Origin: Myxococcota bacterium
GTDB taxonomy: Bacteria > Myxococcota_A > Polyangia > Nannocystales > Nannocystaceae
NCBI GenBank assembly: GCA_039194325.1
Contig: JBCCWC010000014.1
Location: 32,001-96,000 of the forward strand
Reading direction: 5' to 3'
Length of the DNA stretch: 64,000 nt
Below the pieces are notes generated by a model, which was given only the letters and a program-made list of their open reading frames with translations, had not been told where the DNA came from and did no database searches. Below are positions 29,272 to 38,255 of the stretch, piece after piece; the first letter of the stretch is position 1; every line of letters starts with the position of its first letter. The translations under genes and the position numbers were made by a program.

Positions 29272-29703
29272 TTAGGGAGGTCCTTGGCAGGGGCCACAGT
29301 CGGCGGTGGCCGAAAGGGGCGAGGGGGCACCCCACCAGGCCGGGTCGGGCGTGCCGAAGCGAAGGGTATAGCGACGGATCGTCTCGCGGAAGCGAGCGCG
29401 ATTGAGCGCATCGCCGCCCCCGGGGTCGTGATGCATGAAGCGACCGAAGTACTGCGCGCACAGATCGGCGTACTCCCGGGTGCACAAGATCATCTCGTGC
29501 CACGCATCGTCGACTCGGGGGCTCGGGGTCAGTGACTGGTCCGCCTCCGCGACCAAGGACAAGAACCGGAGCACTTCGAGGACCGCGCGGGGGGCCTGGG
29601 CAGGATCGAGATCGCACGCGGCGACCAGCTTGTCGACGAGGACCGGCTTGGCCCGCAAGAGCCCAGCGGCCACCGCGGGGCGATCGAGGTCGGCGTGGCC
29701 CAC
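29272..29703 (-). CDS. Glycine-rich-domain (GRDP/DUF1399-like) protein
   Basis: LRFLSL...TPSPRVDDAWHEMILCTREYADLC...FGRFMHHDP...TIRRY is the DUF1399-type signature. Confidence 0.8.
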   Translation of the reverse strand: MGHADLDRPAVAAGLLRAKPVLVDKLVAACDLDPAQAPRAVLEVLRFLSLVAEADQSLTPSPRVDDAWHEMILCTREYADLCAQYFGRFMHHDPGGGDALNRARFRETIRRYTLRFGTPDPAWWGAPSPLSATADCGPCQGPP

Positions 29704-29722
29704 CTCGTCGATGCTACCAGGG

Positions 29723-31186
29723 TCACGAGTCCTGGTTGGTCAGCGCCCGTACCACGCCCTCGAGCATGTCGAGCTCCACGGGCTTGACCAAGAAGCGATC
29801 GGCGCCCATCTCCCGCAGCAGCTGCCAGTCCGATGCTCCCCCATACGCGGTGACCACCACGATGGGGACCTGGGCGGTGGCCGGGTTGGCTCGTAGCGCG
29901 CAGGTCAGCGCGGCCCCTCCCCCGTGGGGCATGTTCAGGTCGGTGATCACCAGATCGAGGTGCTCTTGGGCGGCGATCGCTTCAGCCGAGGCGGCGTCGG
30001 CCACCGTGATCACATCGATCTCGGGGAAGCTCATCATCAGCAGCTCCCGGGTGGCGACCAGGGTGCTGGCCTCGTCGTCGACGACCATCACCCGCAGGGG
30101 AGGCGACGGGGAGGACACGCTCCGGAGGGCCTGGTGGAGGGCCGAAAGCAGCTCTTCGGCGCTAGCCTGGCGATCGGCCGGGCTCTTGGCCAGGGCGTGC
30201 ATCAGGGGGGCATCGAAGGCGGCGGGAAGGGTGGGGCAGACCTCCGAGGGCCGCGGGGGAGCGGCGAAGGCGTGCCGGTTGAGTAGATCGAACAGCGACG
30301 GAGCGGCGAAGGGCAGCGTTCCGGTCAGCAGCTCGAAGCTGATCACGCCCAGCGCGTAGATGTCGATCCGCGTGAGCAGGCCGGGCTCAAGCACCTCCCC
30401 GCGGGCGATCTCGGGGGCGAGATAGGCCGGCGTCCCCCATAGAGGCATGCGCTCGCCGACGGTGTCGTTGCCCACCGGATGGGCGAGCCCGAAGTCGGTG
30501 ACCGCGATTCGTGACCCCGAGCTCACCAGCACGTTGCCGGGCTTGAGATCGCGGTGGACGGCGCCCGCTTCGTGGATCGCCTGAACCCCCTCGGCGAGGG
30601 GATCCAGCAGCGCGAGCGCCTCCGCCGGAGACGGTCGTGGATGTCGACGCTGCCTGGCCGCGAGAGTCTGCCCCGGGATGTACTCCATCGCGAAGTAGGG
30701 ATGCCCCTGTCGGGCTCCGAAGGCGTAGATCGTGACCACGTTGGGGTGACGAACGCGAGCCATGGCGCGGGCTTCCTTCAAGAAGCCGTCGCCCATTCGA
30801 TCCTCGCCGCGCATGTCGGAGTGGAGCAGCTTGATCGCCACGTCGCGATCGAGGGGCTCGTCGTGGGCGAGATAGACCGTGCCCGTGCTCCCCGAGCCCA
30901 GGATCGCGCGGATCTGATACTTGTCGTCGAGCCAGTCGCCGATCTTGGGGGCGTTGGCCTGGCCGACACGTCGGTCGTTGCTGTTGTGACCGTCGAGCTC
31001 GAGGGTCGCGGCGGCGGGATCCGCGAAGGCTTCGAAGCAATAGGCGCTCGGATCCCGTGAGTTCGTGAGCATCGGCCGCAGCATTACACGCACCGATCCC
31101 GAGCGAGCGCGCAAACCATGCGTATGCTCATCGTCTCGCGCGCGTTCGCGTTCGCGTTCGAGTGTCGAAGGTTCGTTCGTGGTCAT
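29723..31186 (-). CDS. Ser/Thr protein kinase fused to a C-terminal response-regulator receiver domain
   Basis: HRDLKPGN, DFG and YLAPE, followed by VMVVDDE...LVITDLNMP...VTA...KP. Confidence 0.9.
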   Translation of the reverse strand: MTTNEPSTLERERERARDDEHTHGLRARSGSVRVMLRPMLTNSRDPSAYCFEAFADPAAATLELDGHNSNDRRVGQANAPKIGDWLDDKYQIRAILGSGSTGTVYLAHDEPLDRDVAIKLLHSDMRGEDRMGDGFLKEARAMARVRHPNVVTIYAFGARQGHPYFAMEYIPGQTLAARQRRHPRPSPAEALALLDPLAEGVQAIHEAGAVHRDLKPGNVLVSSGSRIAVTDFGLAHPVGNDTVGERMPLWGTPAYLAPEIARGEVLEPGLLTRIDIYALGVISFELLTGTLPFAAPSLFDLLNRHAFAAPPRPSEVCPTLPAAFDAPLMHALAKSPADRQASAEELLSALHQALRSVSSPSPPLRVMVVDDEASTLVATRELLMMSFPEIDVITVADAASAEAIAAQEHLDLVITDLNMPHGGGAALTCALRANPATAQVPIVVVTAYGGASDWQLLREMGADRFLVKPVELDMLEGVVRALTNQDS

Positions 31187-31197
31187 CGCACGAGCGA

Positions 31198-31896
31198 TCA
31201 GTACTCATCGTGCCGTTTCACCCAGGCCATCGGCCATGGCAGGCCCGCCTCGTCGCGCCCCTTGGGGGTCAGGTCGAGCCAGTGGTAGGTGCCATTGAGG
31301 ATGTCCAGGCCGCGCGCGTAGGTCGAGTACGTGTGCAAGATCTCCTCGCCCTCGCGCAGGAACACGCTGGCCCCGGGGAGCTCGGGGCCTGCTTCGAGGG
31401 TGCCGAAGTTATAGAGCGTGGCCTTGCCGGCGACCTGCTCCTCGGTGAAGGTGACGTCGAAATCGTGGTTGAAGGTGTTGCCCGCCGAGGACACCCACGC
31501 AAAACGCCAGCCCATGCGCTCGGCGTAGGCACGAAGCTTGTCCAGTGGTCCCCGGGATACCACCGCGAACGCGGTGTCACGGGCCCGTAGATGGGGGATC
31601 ATTGGGTCGAAGTGATCCGCCCAAAAGGTACAGCTGGGGCAGCCGGCATCCCAGTCGGGCCCATACATGAAATGGTACACGATGAGCTGGTGACAGCCGT
31701 CGAAGAGATCGGCGAGGCGACACTCGCCGTCGGGGCCCTCGAAGACGTACGCGGTCTGCACCCGGCGGCGGGGCAGGGCCCGTCGGAGCACGCTTACCTC
31801 GTCGCGCAGGCGGGTCAGCTCCTTTTCTCGGGCCATCAGCTCGAGCCGAGCCGCGGTCCACTGCTCCTTGTCGGTGGTTTCGTGCAGATTGGCCAT
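31198..31896 (-). CDS. DUF899 thioredoxin-like protein
   Basis: EKELTR...RRALP, LIVYHFM, GCPSC, HTYSTYARG and LDLTPKGRDE. Confidence 0.9.
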   Translation of the reverse strand: MANLHETTDKEQWTAARLELMAREKELTRLRDEVSVLRRALPRRRVQTAYVFEGPDGECRLADLFDGCHQLIVYHFMYGPDWDAGCPSCTFWADHFDPMIPHLRARDTAFAVVSRGPLDKLRAYAERMGWRFAWVSSAGNTFNHDFDVTFTEEQVAGKATLYNFGTLEAGPELPGASVFLREGEEILHTYSTYARGLDILNGTYHWLDLTPKGRDEAGLPWPMAWVKRHDEY

Positions 31897-31976
31897 GGCT
31901 CCGACATAGCCCCTCCGGCCAGCGGCGGGGAGTAACAATGCCGACGGGATTCTTCGCCCGCCTTTTGCCACTTGCC

Positions 31977-33194
31977 ATGGACTCCGCGATCAACACCGCC
32001 GCTCGAGCACTCGCCGCCGGCGATCCAATCGCCGCCCTCAACCAGGTCGGGCTGCGAGAGGATGGCCCGGGCCTGGCGCTGCGGGGCATCGCGATGGCCC
32101 AGCTGGGGGAGTGGCCTCGAGCCAAGGAATTGCTGCGGGCGGCGGCGCGCAAGCTGGACCGTGAGCCCCTCGCACGGGCCCGTTGCATCGCGGCCCAGAC
32201 CGAGGTGGCGCTCGCGATGCGGGAGCTGGGGACCTCGGCCGCGGCGCTCGACGAGGCGATCGAGGTGCTCGACGCGCGTCACGATCGGATCAACGCCACC
32301 CATGCCCGCTTGCTTCGTCTACGGCGGCTGCTGCTGCTGGGTCGGCTCGATGAGGCCGAGGCGGAGCGTGAGGTGCTCGATCTGCGAGCGATGCCACCGA
32401 TGCTCCAGGCGTACGCGCAGCTGGTCACGGCCGACATCGCGGTGCGGCGAGTACGGGCTCGGGCCGCCGCGATGGCCTTGCGCTTCGCTCGGCATGCCGC
32501 CGCGCTTGCCGGCATAGGAGCGCTCCGGGCCGAGATCGAAGCCACCGCCGAGCACTTGCGGCGCCCCGCGGCCCGGTTGCGCTCGCGTGGGCGTGACCGC
32601 ACGCTGGGGCTCGTGGAGGTGGAGGAGATCCTCGACTCGCCGGCGCTCGTCGTGGATGCCTGTCGTCGTACGGTGGGGCGGCATCGGCAGACCCGATCGC
32701 TCGCGCGACGCCCGGTCCTGTTCGGGCTGGTGACCGCGCTGGCCGAGGCGTGGCCGGGCGACGTGGGTCGGGAGCAGCTGTTGGCCGAGGTGTTCGAGGC
32801 GGAGGCCACCAACGAGTCGTGGCGAGCTCGGCTTCGGGTGGAGATCGGCCGCTTGCGCAAGCAGCTGGGCGATCTGGCCACCGTGGAGTCGACTCCCCGG
32901 GGGTTTGGTCTCCGTTCGTTCGACGCCTCCGAGGTGGTGCTGCTCGTACCACCGGTCGATGGAGAGCACGCGGCCGTGCTGGCGCTCTTGTCCGATGGAT
33001 CGACATGGTCCACGTCGGCTCTGTCTCTTGCTTTGGGTGTCAGCCAGCGTACGGTGCAGCGAGCCCTCGCAGCCCTACAGCGAGACGGTCGGGTCCAGGC
33101 ACTCGGGCGAGCCCGTGCGCTGCGGTGGGTCGCGCCCCCGGTCAGTGGATACACGACAGCGTTGTTACTCCCGAGGTTGAGCGCGGGTGGGTAG
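31977..33194 (+). CDS. TPR/HTH transcriptional regulator-like protein
   Basis: MDSAI...AARALAAGDP...ALRGIAMAQLG, RARLRVEIGRLR, and C-terminal HTH WSTSALSLALGVSQRTVQRAL. Divergent from DUF899. Confidence 0.8.
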   Translation: MDSAINTAARALAAGDPIAALNQVGLREDGPGLALRGIAMAQLGEWPRAKELLRAAARKLDREPLARARCIAAQTEVALAMRELGTSAAALDEAIEVLDARHDRINATHARLLRLRRLLLLGRLDEAEAEREVLDLRAMPPMLQAYAQLVTADIAVRRVRARAAAMALRFARHAAALAGIGALRAEIEATAEHLRRPAARLRSRGRDRTLGLVEVEEILDSPALVVDACRRTVGRHRQTRSLARRPVLFGLVTALAEAWPGDVGREQLLAEVFEAEATNESWRARLRVEIGRLRKQLGDLATVESTPRGFGLRSFDASEVVLLVPPVDGEHAAVLALLSDGSTWSTSALSLALGVSQRTVQRALAALQRDGRVQALGRARALRWVAPPVSGYTTALLLPRLSAGG

Positions 33195-33852
33195 CATGCC
33201 GGCGATGAGTCCGTCGCGTAGACCTCCCCGCCGAGCATTGATCGAGCGCGAGTATGGGCCCTTCGATGACCGGCCTACCCACGGGATCGCCTACGATGGT
33301 CGCCGCCTGTGGATCGCCGCTGGCAAGGACATTCAGGCGCTCGACCCCCGCAGCGGGGCAATCGTCGGCTCACTCCCCGTCGCCTCCGATGCGGGCACCG
33401 CCTACGATGGTCGTCACCTCTATCAGCTGACCGGCGAGAAGATCCAGCGGATCGACACGCAGACCGGCCAGATCGTGGGCACGATCCCTGCTCCGGGGCG
33501 AGGGCGAGACTCCGGAATGACCTGGGCCGAAGGCAAGCTATGGGTCGGCCAGTATCGCGATCGCAAGATCCACTGCATCGATCCCAAGACGGGCAAGATC
33601 ATCAAGACGATCGAGTGCGATCGGTTCGTCACCGGGGTGACATGGACCGGCGGCGAGCTATGGCACGGGACCTGGGAAGACGATGCCAGTGAGCTGCGGC
33701 GGGTCGATTCCGACTCGGGCGAGGTGCTCGAGCGCTACCAGGCGCCCGAGGGCGTGAACATCACGGGGTTATCGTCCGATGGCGACTGCTTCTTTTGCGG
33801 CAGCGGTCCCGAGGGACGGGTCCGCGCCCTTCGTCGCCCCGGGCGATCGTGA
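33187..33852 (+). CDS. Glutaminyl-cyclase-like beta-propeller protein
   Basis: Repeated GxxYDG / GxTW blades: REYGPF, DAGTAYDG, DSGMTWAEG, FVTGVTW. Confidence 0.7.
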   Translation: MGSMPAMSPSRRPPRRALIEREYGPFDDRPTHGIAYDGRRLWIAAGKDIQALDPRSGAIVGSLPVASDAGTAYDGRHLYQLTGEKIQRIDTQTGQIVGTIPAPGRGRDSGMTWAEGKLWVGQYRDRKIHCIDPKTGKIIKTIECDRFVTGVTWTGGELWHGTWEDDASELRRVDSDSGEVLERYQAPEGVNITGLSSDGDCFFCGSGPEGRVRALRRPGRS

Positions 33853-34187
33853 GTCCCGCAGCACGCGGGCGGTCGCTGCAATGACCAGTCCCCACTCTCG
33901 CGGTGTCATCATCGAGCCCTGCCTTCTGACTGACAGTCAGACTGACAGAAGGAAGCGCTGAAGCACTCGCGGTGACGCGACGATGTGCGATCGATCGCGG
34001 TGCATCTTCTTCGTTCAATAATGAGGGACATGGGTGCATGGGAACCCGCGGGAAGATCCGGTGAAGTCCCAGATCGATACGCTCGGGATTTCATCGTGAG
34101 GTGCATTGCGTGGTCGTTCGCGTCGTCCCGGCATCCGGGCCCATCGTCACCATAATGCTACAAGGTTCCCGAGGACCAAGTAGGGGT

Positions 34188-36299
34188 ATGTATGCGAAGC
34201 TCCTATTCATGATGAGGTGGAGCCCAATAGCCCGGTTTGGGAGAGGATCGCTCGTGCTGGTTGCGGGGATGGCCACGGGGAGTGGATGTCGTGATCGCGG
34301 GGACTCGGCGGCGGGGACCGACACCGACACTGGCACTGGAGGTCCCGGTGGGGCCTACGACGCGGGCCTGACCGAGGGCGACAGCGAGACCGAGACCGAC
34401 GGGGAGCCGGGTGATGCGTGCATGGCATCGAGGGCGCCTCGGCAGCTGCGGCTGCTGACCCGGCACGAGTATGACGCCACGGTGCACGACCTGTTCGCGC
34501 TGGTCGACCCCGACAGCTGCTCGGACGACGCTCAGTGTCCTGCGGGAGCGACCTGTGAGGGCGCGACCTGCCAGATCGAAACGGTCTTGCCCACCTCGTT
34601 CGAGATCCCCGGGCAGGGCGGATGGAATAGCGTCCACCTGGCGGGGAGCTTCAACGACTGGCCGGGCACTGTGGCCGAGGGGGGCTGGGCCCTCGACTAC
34701 GACGCGGGGGCCGGTACGTGGACCGGCAGCTTCGAGATCCCGGCGGGGCAGCACCTGTACAAGCTGGTCATCGACGAGTCCGACTGGGTCCCCGATCCCT
34801 CCAATCCCCAGACGGCCGACGACGGGTTCGGAGGCAGCAACTCGGTGCTCGACGTCGAGGGCCAGACCCAGGTGGTGCCGCCGCGATCGCTCACCTTCAC
34901 CGAGGATCTCCCGGCGGAGGTGCGCCCCACCGGCTACCCCTTCGACAACAACGCCGCCACCGGGCTGGTGACCCCGGTGCACGCCGAGCAGTACATGCGC
35001 GCGGCCCAGGCGGTAGCGGCCTTTGCGGTGGCCGAGTCGGACGCGTGGCTGCCCTGCGCCCCCGAAGGGGACGGCTCGGTCTGCGCCCAGCAGGTGGCGA
35101 CGCAGTTGGGGCGACGAGCCTTCCGTCGCCCGCTCGACGACGACGAGGTCAGCAAGTACGCCGATCTCGTCACGGGCGAGGCCAGCTTCGACGACGGCCT
35201 GCGGGTGGCCCTGCAGGCCATGCTGGCCTCACCCTACTTCGTGTACCGCTTTGAGGTCGGCGAGCCGCAGGGCGATCACTTCGTGCTCACCGGCTACGAG
35301 CTGGCGGCCGCGCTGTCGTATGGCCTTTGGGGAACGACCCCCGACGACGCCTTGCTCGATGCGGCCGAGGCGGGGGAGCTGAGCTCGGCCGAGGGGGTGC
35401 AGGCCCAGGTGCAGCGCCTGCTGGAGGATCCCCGGGCGCGCGAGCAAGTGGGGACCTTCGCGGTGCAGTGGCTCGAGGTGGAGAAGGTCGCCACCATCGA
35501 CAAGAATGCCGCGATGTTCCCCAGCTTCGACGCGGCGCTACGTCGCTCGGTGCTCGAGGAGACCCGCCGCTTGGCCGCCCACGCGACCTTCGCCGGCCCA
35601 GGGGGCTTCGATACGCTGCTGCAGGCCGACTACACCTTTGTAGACGCCGCGCTGGCGGGCCTTTACGAGATCGACCCGCCCGACACCGACTGGGCCCAGG
35701 TGGCCGCGCCACCGGGCCGAGCCGGCATCTTGGGGCACGCCAGCGTGCTGGCGGCCAATGCCTACCCCGACCAGACCTCGCCGGTGCGACGGGGGCTGTT
35801 CGTGCGCCGAGCCCTCTTGTGCCAGGAGCTGCCCGACCCGCCCCCCGACGCCGGCGGCGTGCCCGACGTAGATCCCAACGCGAGCACGCGCGAGCGCTTC
35901 GAGCAGCACATGAACGACCCCTACTGTGCCTCGTGCCACCAGTTCATCGACCCGGTGGGCTTCGGCTTCGAGCACTTCGATCCGGTCGGGGCGTGGCGGG
36001 ACGAAGACGCCGGCCACTCGATCGACGCCACCGGGCAGATGCGGGGCCTCGAGTCGCTGAGCGACGACGTCCAGGATTTCTCCACGATACCCGAGCTCGC
36101 GAGCATCGTGGCCGGCAGCGAGTCGGCGCCCGCGTGCTTTGCTACCCACTACTTCCGCTACACCCACGGGCGCCTCGAGACCTCCGACGACGAGTGCGCG
36201 CTCGAGAACCTCGCGCGCCGGTTTAGCGAGGCCGAGCACGACGTGGTCGCGCTCATCGTATCCACCCTCACCGCGCCGGAGTTCATGGTTCGCCGCTAG
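34188..36299 (+). CDS. DUF1592/DUF1588 (PSD) family lipoprotein with an inserted CBM48-like glycogen-binding module and a CxxCH motif
   Basis: LRLLTRHEYDATVHDL, RAFRRP, SPYFVYR, TSPVRRG, CASCH, DPVGFGFEHFD. Insert VHLAGSFNDW...YKLVIDESDWVPDPSNP...DDGFGGSNSVL. Confidence 0.88.
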   Translation: MYAKLLFMMRWSPIARFGRGSLVLVAGMATGSGCRDRGDSAAGTDTDTGTGGPGGAYDAGLTEGDSETETDGEPGDACMASRAPRQLRLLTRHEYDATVHDLFALVDPDSCSDDAQCPAGATCEGATCQIETVLPTSFEIPGQGGWNSVHLAGSFNDWPGTVAEGGWALDYDAGAGTWTGSFEIPAGQHLYKLVIDESDWVPDPSNPQTADDGFGGSNSVLDVEGQTQVVPPRSLTFTEDLPAEVRPTGYPFDNNAATGLVTPVHAEQYMRAAQAVAAFAVAESDAWLPCAPEGDGSVCAQQVATQLGRRAFRRPLDDDEVSKYADLVTGEASFDDGLRVALQAMLASPYFVYRFEVGEPQGDHFVLTGYELAAALSYGLWGTTPDDALLDAAEAGELSSAEGVQAQVQRLLEDPRAREQVGTFAVQWLEVEKVATIDKNAAMFPSFDAALRRSVLEETRRLAAHATFAGPGGFDTLLQADYTFVDAALAGLYEIDPPDTDWAQVAAPPGRAGILGHASVLAANAYPDQTSPVRRGLFVRRALLCQELPDPPPDAGGVPDVDPNASTRERFEQHMNDPYCASCHQFIDPVGFGFEHFDPVGAWRDEDAGHSIDATGQMRGLESLSDDVQDFSTIPELASIVAGSESAPACFATHYFRYTHGRLETSDDECALENLARRFSEAEHDVVALIVSTLTAPEFMVRR

Positions 36300-36352
36300 C
36301 GATGTACTGCTCGTGGCACCACTCGAACACGAACCCATCGAAAGCCCGATCC

Positions 36353-37702
36353 ATGCGACTTCCCGCCTGTTCTCGTCGTCGTTTCTTCTCCACCGTAGCT
36401 GGGGCCGGCCTGGCTCTGCCCTTCTTCGAGCTGCTACAGCCGGGGCGAGCCCGTGCCGCCAATGGCCTAGCCGAGCGCCTCATCGTGTTCTACTTCCCCA
36501 ACGGGGTGGCGGGCACCAGCCAAGACGGCCAGCCTAGCCAGTGGCACTGCACGGGGGGCGGCAGCAACTTCGAGCTGTCGTCGCAGCTGCAGCCGCTGGC
36601 CGGCTTCCGAGACGAGTGCCTGTTTCTCAACGGCCTGTCGATGGGCCCCACCGACAACGGCAACCACCCCGGTGGGGCCCGCAAGCTGCTCACCGCCGCC
36701 GACCACGGCAACGGCGAGTCCATCGATCAGATGCTGGCCCGGACCGCCGGGGCCGACGCTCCGTTTCGCCACCTCAACCTCGGGGCCATGGTGATGCACG
36801 ACAACCCCAGCGGGGACGCGTTCATCTCGTACTCGGGCCCGGGGGCTCCCGTGGCTCCGCAAGACGATCCGGTGGCTGCGTTCGAGTATCTCTTTGGGGC
36901 TGGCGTCCCCGGCGGGGGCGGCGAGCCGGGCGAGCCCGATCCCCGGCAGGTCACCGTCATCGATGCCGTGCTCGACGACATGGACCGCCTGCGCGCCCAA
37001 CTCGGCGACCTCGACAAGCCCAAGCTCGACCTGCACCTCGAGTCGCTGCGCGAGGTAGAAGAGCGGATCAAGAACGTCTCCGATCTGCCCGCGACCTGCA
37101 AAGATCCCACCCTCGACACGACCGGGGTGGTGCCCGGCAGCTACGACCCCAGCACCTTCCCCGCCGTGCTCCGGGCCCAGATCGATCTCACCGTGCTCGC
37201 GATGGCCTGTGGTCTGAGCCGGGTCGGGGTGATCCAGTGCGCCCACCACACCAGCGACATCGTGATCACGCAGTTCCCGGGCACCGAGATGTATGACCCG
37301 GGCTTCAACATCACCAGCCACGGCGCGTCGCACTATGGCTCGAGCCACGCCGGGCAAAACTATGATGCGCACTTCCAGCAGGGCCGCTACTGGGCCGACC
37401 AGTTCGCCTACCTGCTGCAATCGCTCGCCGATCGTCCCGATCCGCTCGGTGGCGGCTCCATGCTCGACACCTCCGTGGTCCTTTTTTGCACTGAGGTCAG
37501 CGACGGCAACACCCACGAGCACCACAACATGCCCTTCCTGCTCGCGGGTCGGGGCGGGGGAGCGATCGAGCCCGGTCGCCTGCTCGGGTTCGACGGCGAT
37601 CGCCACGCGGGGCTGCTGGCGGCGATCGCCCACGCGATGGGAGAGCCCGTCGGTGGCTTTGGCGACACCGGCACCGCGCCGTTGTCCGGGATCCTCAGCT
37701 GA
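36353..37702 (+). CDS. DUF1552 family protein (Tat-exported)
   Basis: SRRRFF Tat-like signal, LPFFE, FYFPNG, SIDQ, HLESLREVE and GNTHEHHNMP. Canonical partner of DUF1592. Confidence 0.9.
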   Translation: MRLPACSRRRFFSTVAGAGLALPFFELLQPGRARAANGLAERLIVFYFPNGVAGTSQDGQPSQWHCTGGGSNFELSSQLQPLAGFRDECLFLNGLSMGPTDNGNHPGGARKLLTAADHGNGESIDQMLARTAGADAPFRHLNLGAMVMHDNPSGDAFISYSGPGAPVAPQDDPVAAFEYLFGAGVPGGGGEPGEPDPRQVTVIDAVLDDMDRLRAQLGDLDKPKLDLHLESLREVEERIKNVSDLPATCKDPTLDTTGVVPGSYDPSTFPAVLRAQIDLTVLAMACGLSRVGVIQCAHHTSDIVITQFPGTEMYDPGFNITSHGASHYGSSHAGQNYDAHFQQGRYWADQFAYLLQSLADRPDPLGGGSMLDTSVVLFCTEVSDGNTHEHHNMPFLLAGRGGGAIEPGRLLGFDGDRHAGLLAAIAHAMGEPVGGFGDTGTAPLSGILS

Positions 37703-37714
37703 GCTGGGCTCTAG

Positions 37715-37785
37715 ATGCCGAGGCCGGCTCGGGGATGCGCAACGCAGTCGCGCCCGGCCTCGGTCTTGGGCTATCTATGCCGAGG
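37715..37785. repeat. REP-like palindromic unit related to 19111-19213
   Basis: ATGCCGAGGCCGGCTCGGGGATGCGCAACGCAGTCGCGCCCGGCCTCGG followed by TATCTATGCCGAGG, the same linker as at 19161. Confidence 0.75.
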
Positions 37786-37823
37786 TCCTGGTCGGCTCGG
37801 CCTTGGTGCCCTAGGATGGGTCG

Positions 37824-38078
37824 ATGACCTCGGTCGTGTTGTGGTCCGTGTCCATGCTCGCTTCGCCGGTGCTGCTGGCGGAGGCGGGGCCGACGACCGC
37901 GGTGGTGCGGGCTGCCGACGACGAGCGCCCCCAGCGGCGCAGTCGGGATGACGCCAAGGGAGCCCCGCCGATCCAGATGGGCATGGGCCCTACCGCGCTG
38001 GCCATGCTTGCGCTGGTCTTCGCCGTGGTCGTGCGCGCTAGCCGTCGTCGCCGAGCCAGCACCACCACCACGCTGTGA
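37824..38078 (+). CDS. Small hypothetical membrane protein
   Basis: Two hydrophobic segments and a basic tail (ALAMLALVFAVVVRASRRRR). Confidence 0.4.
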   Translation: MTSVVLWSVSMLASPVLLAEAGPTTAVVRAADDERPQRRSRDDAKGAPPIQMGMGPTALAMLALVFAVVVRASRRRRASTTTTL

Positions 38079-38255
38079 GCGAGCGCGGCCCCGCGGGCGG
38101 TCTGGTCCGGAGGGGCCGACGACCGGCCGGTGGTCGATCAAACCTCGTTCTTGGTCCCCTGCTCCGGATCATAGCGGGCTGGATTGACCCCGGTCGTCAC
38201 GGTTCCCTACGTTCGAACCGCAGCCTGTTCGGGATCACCACGGAAAGTAGGACTC

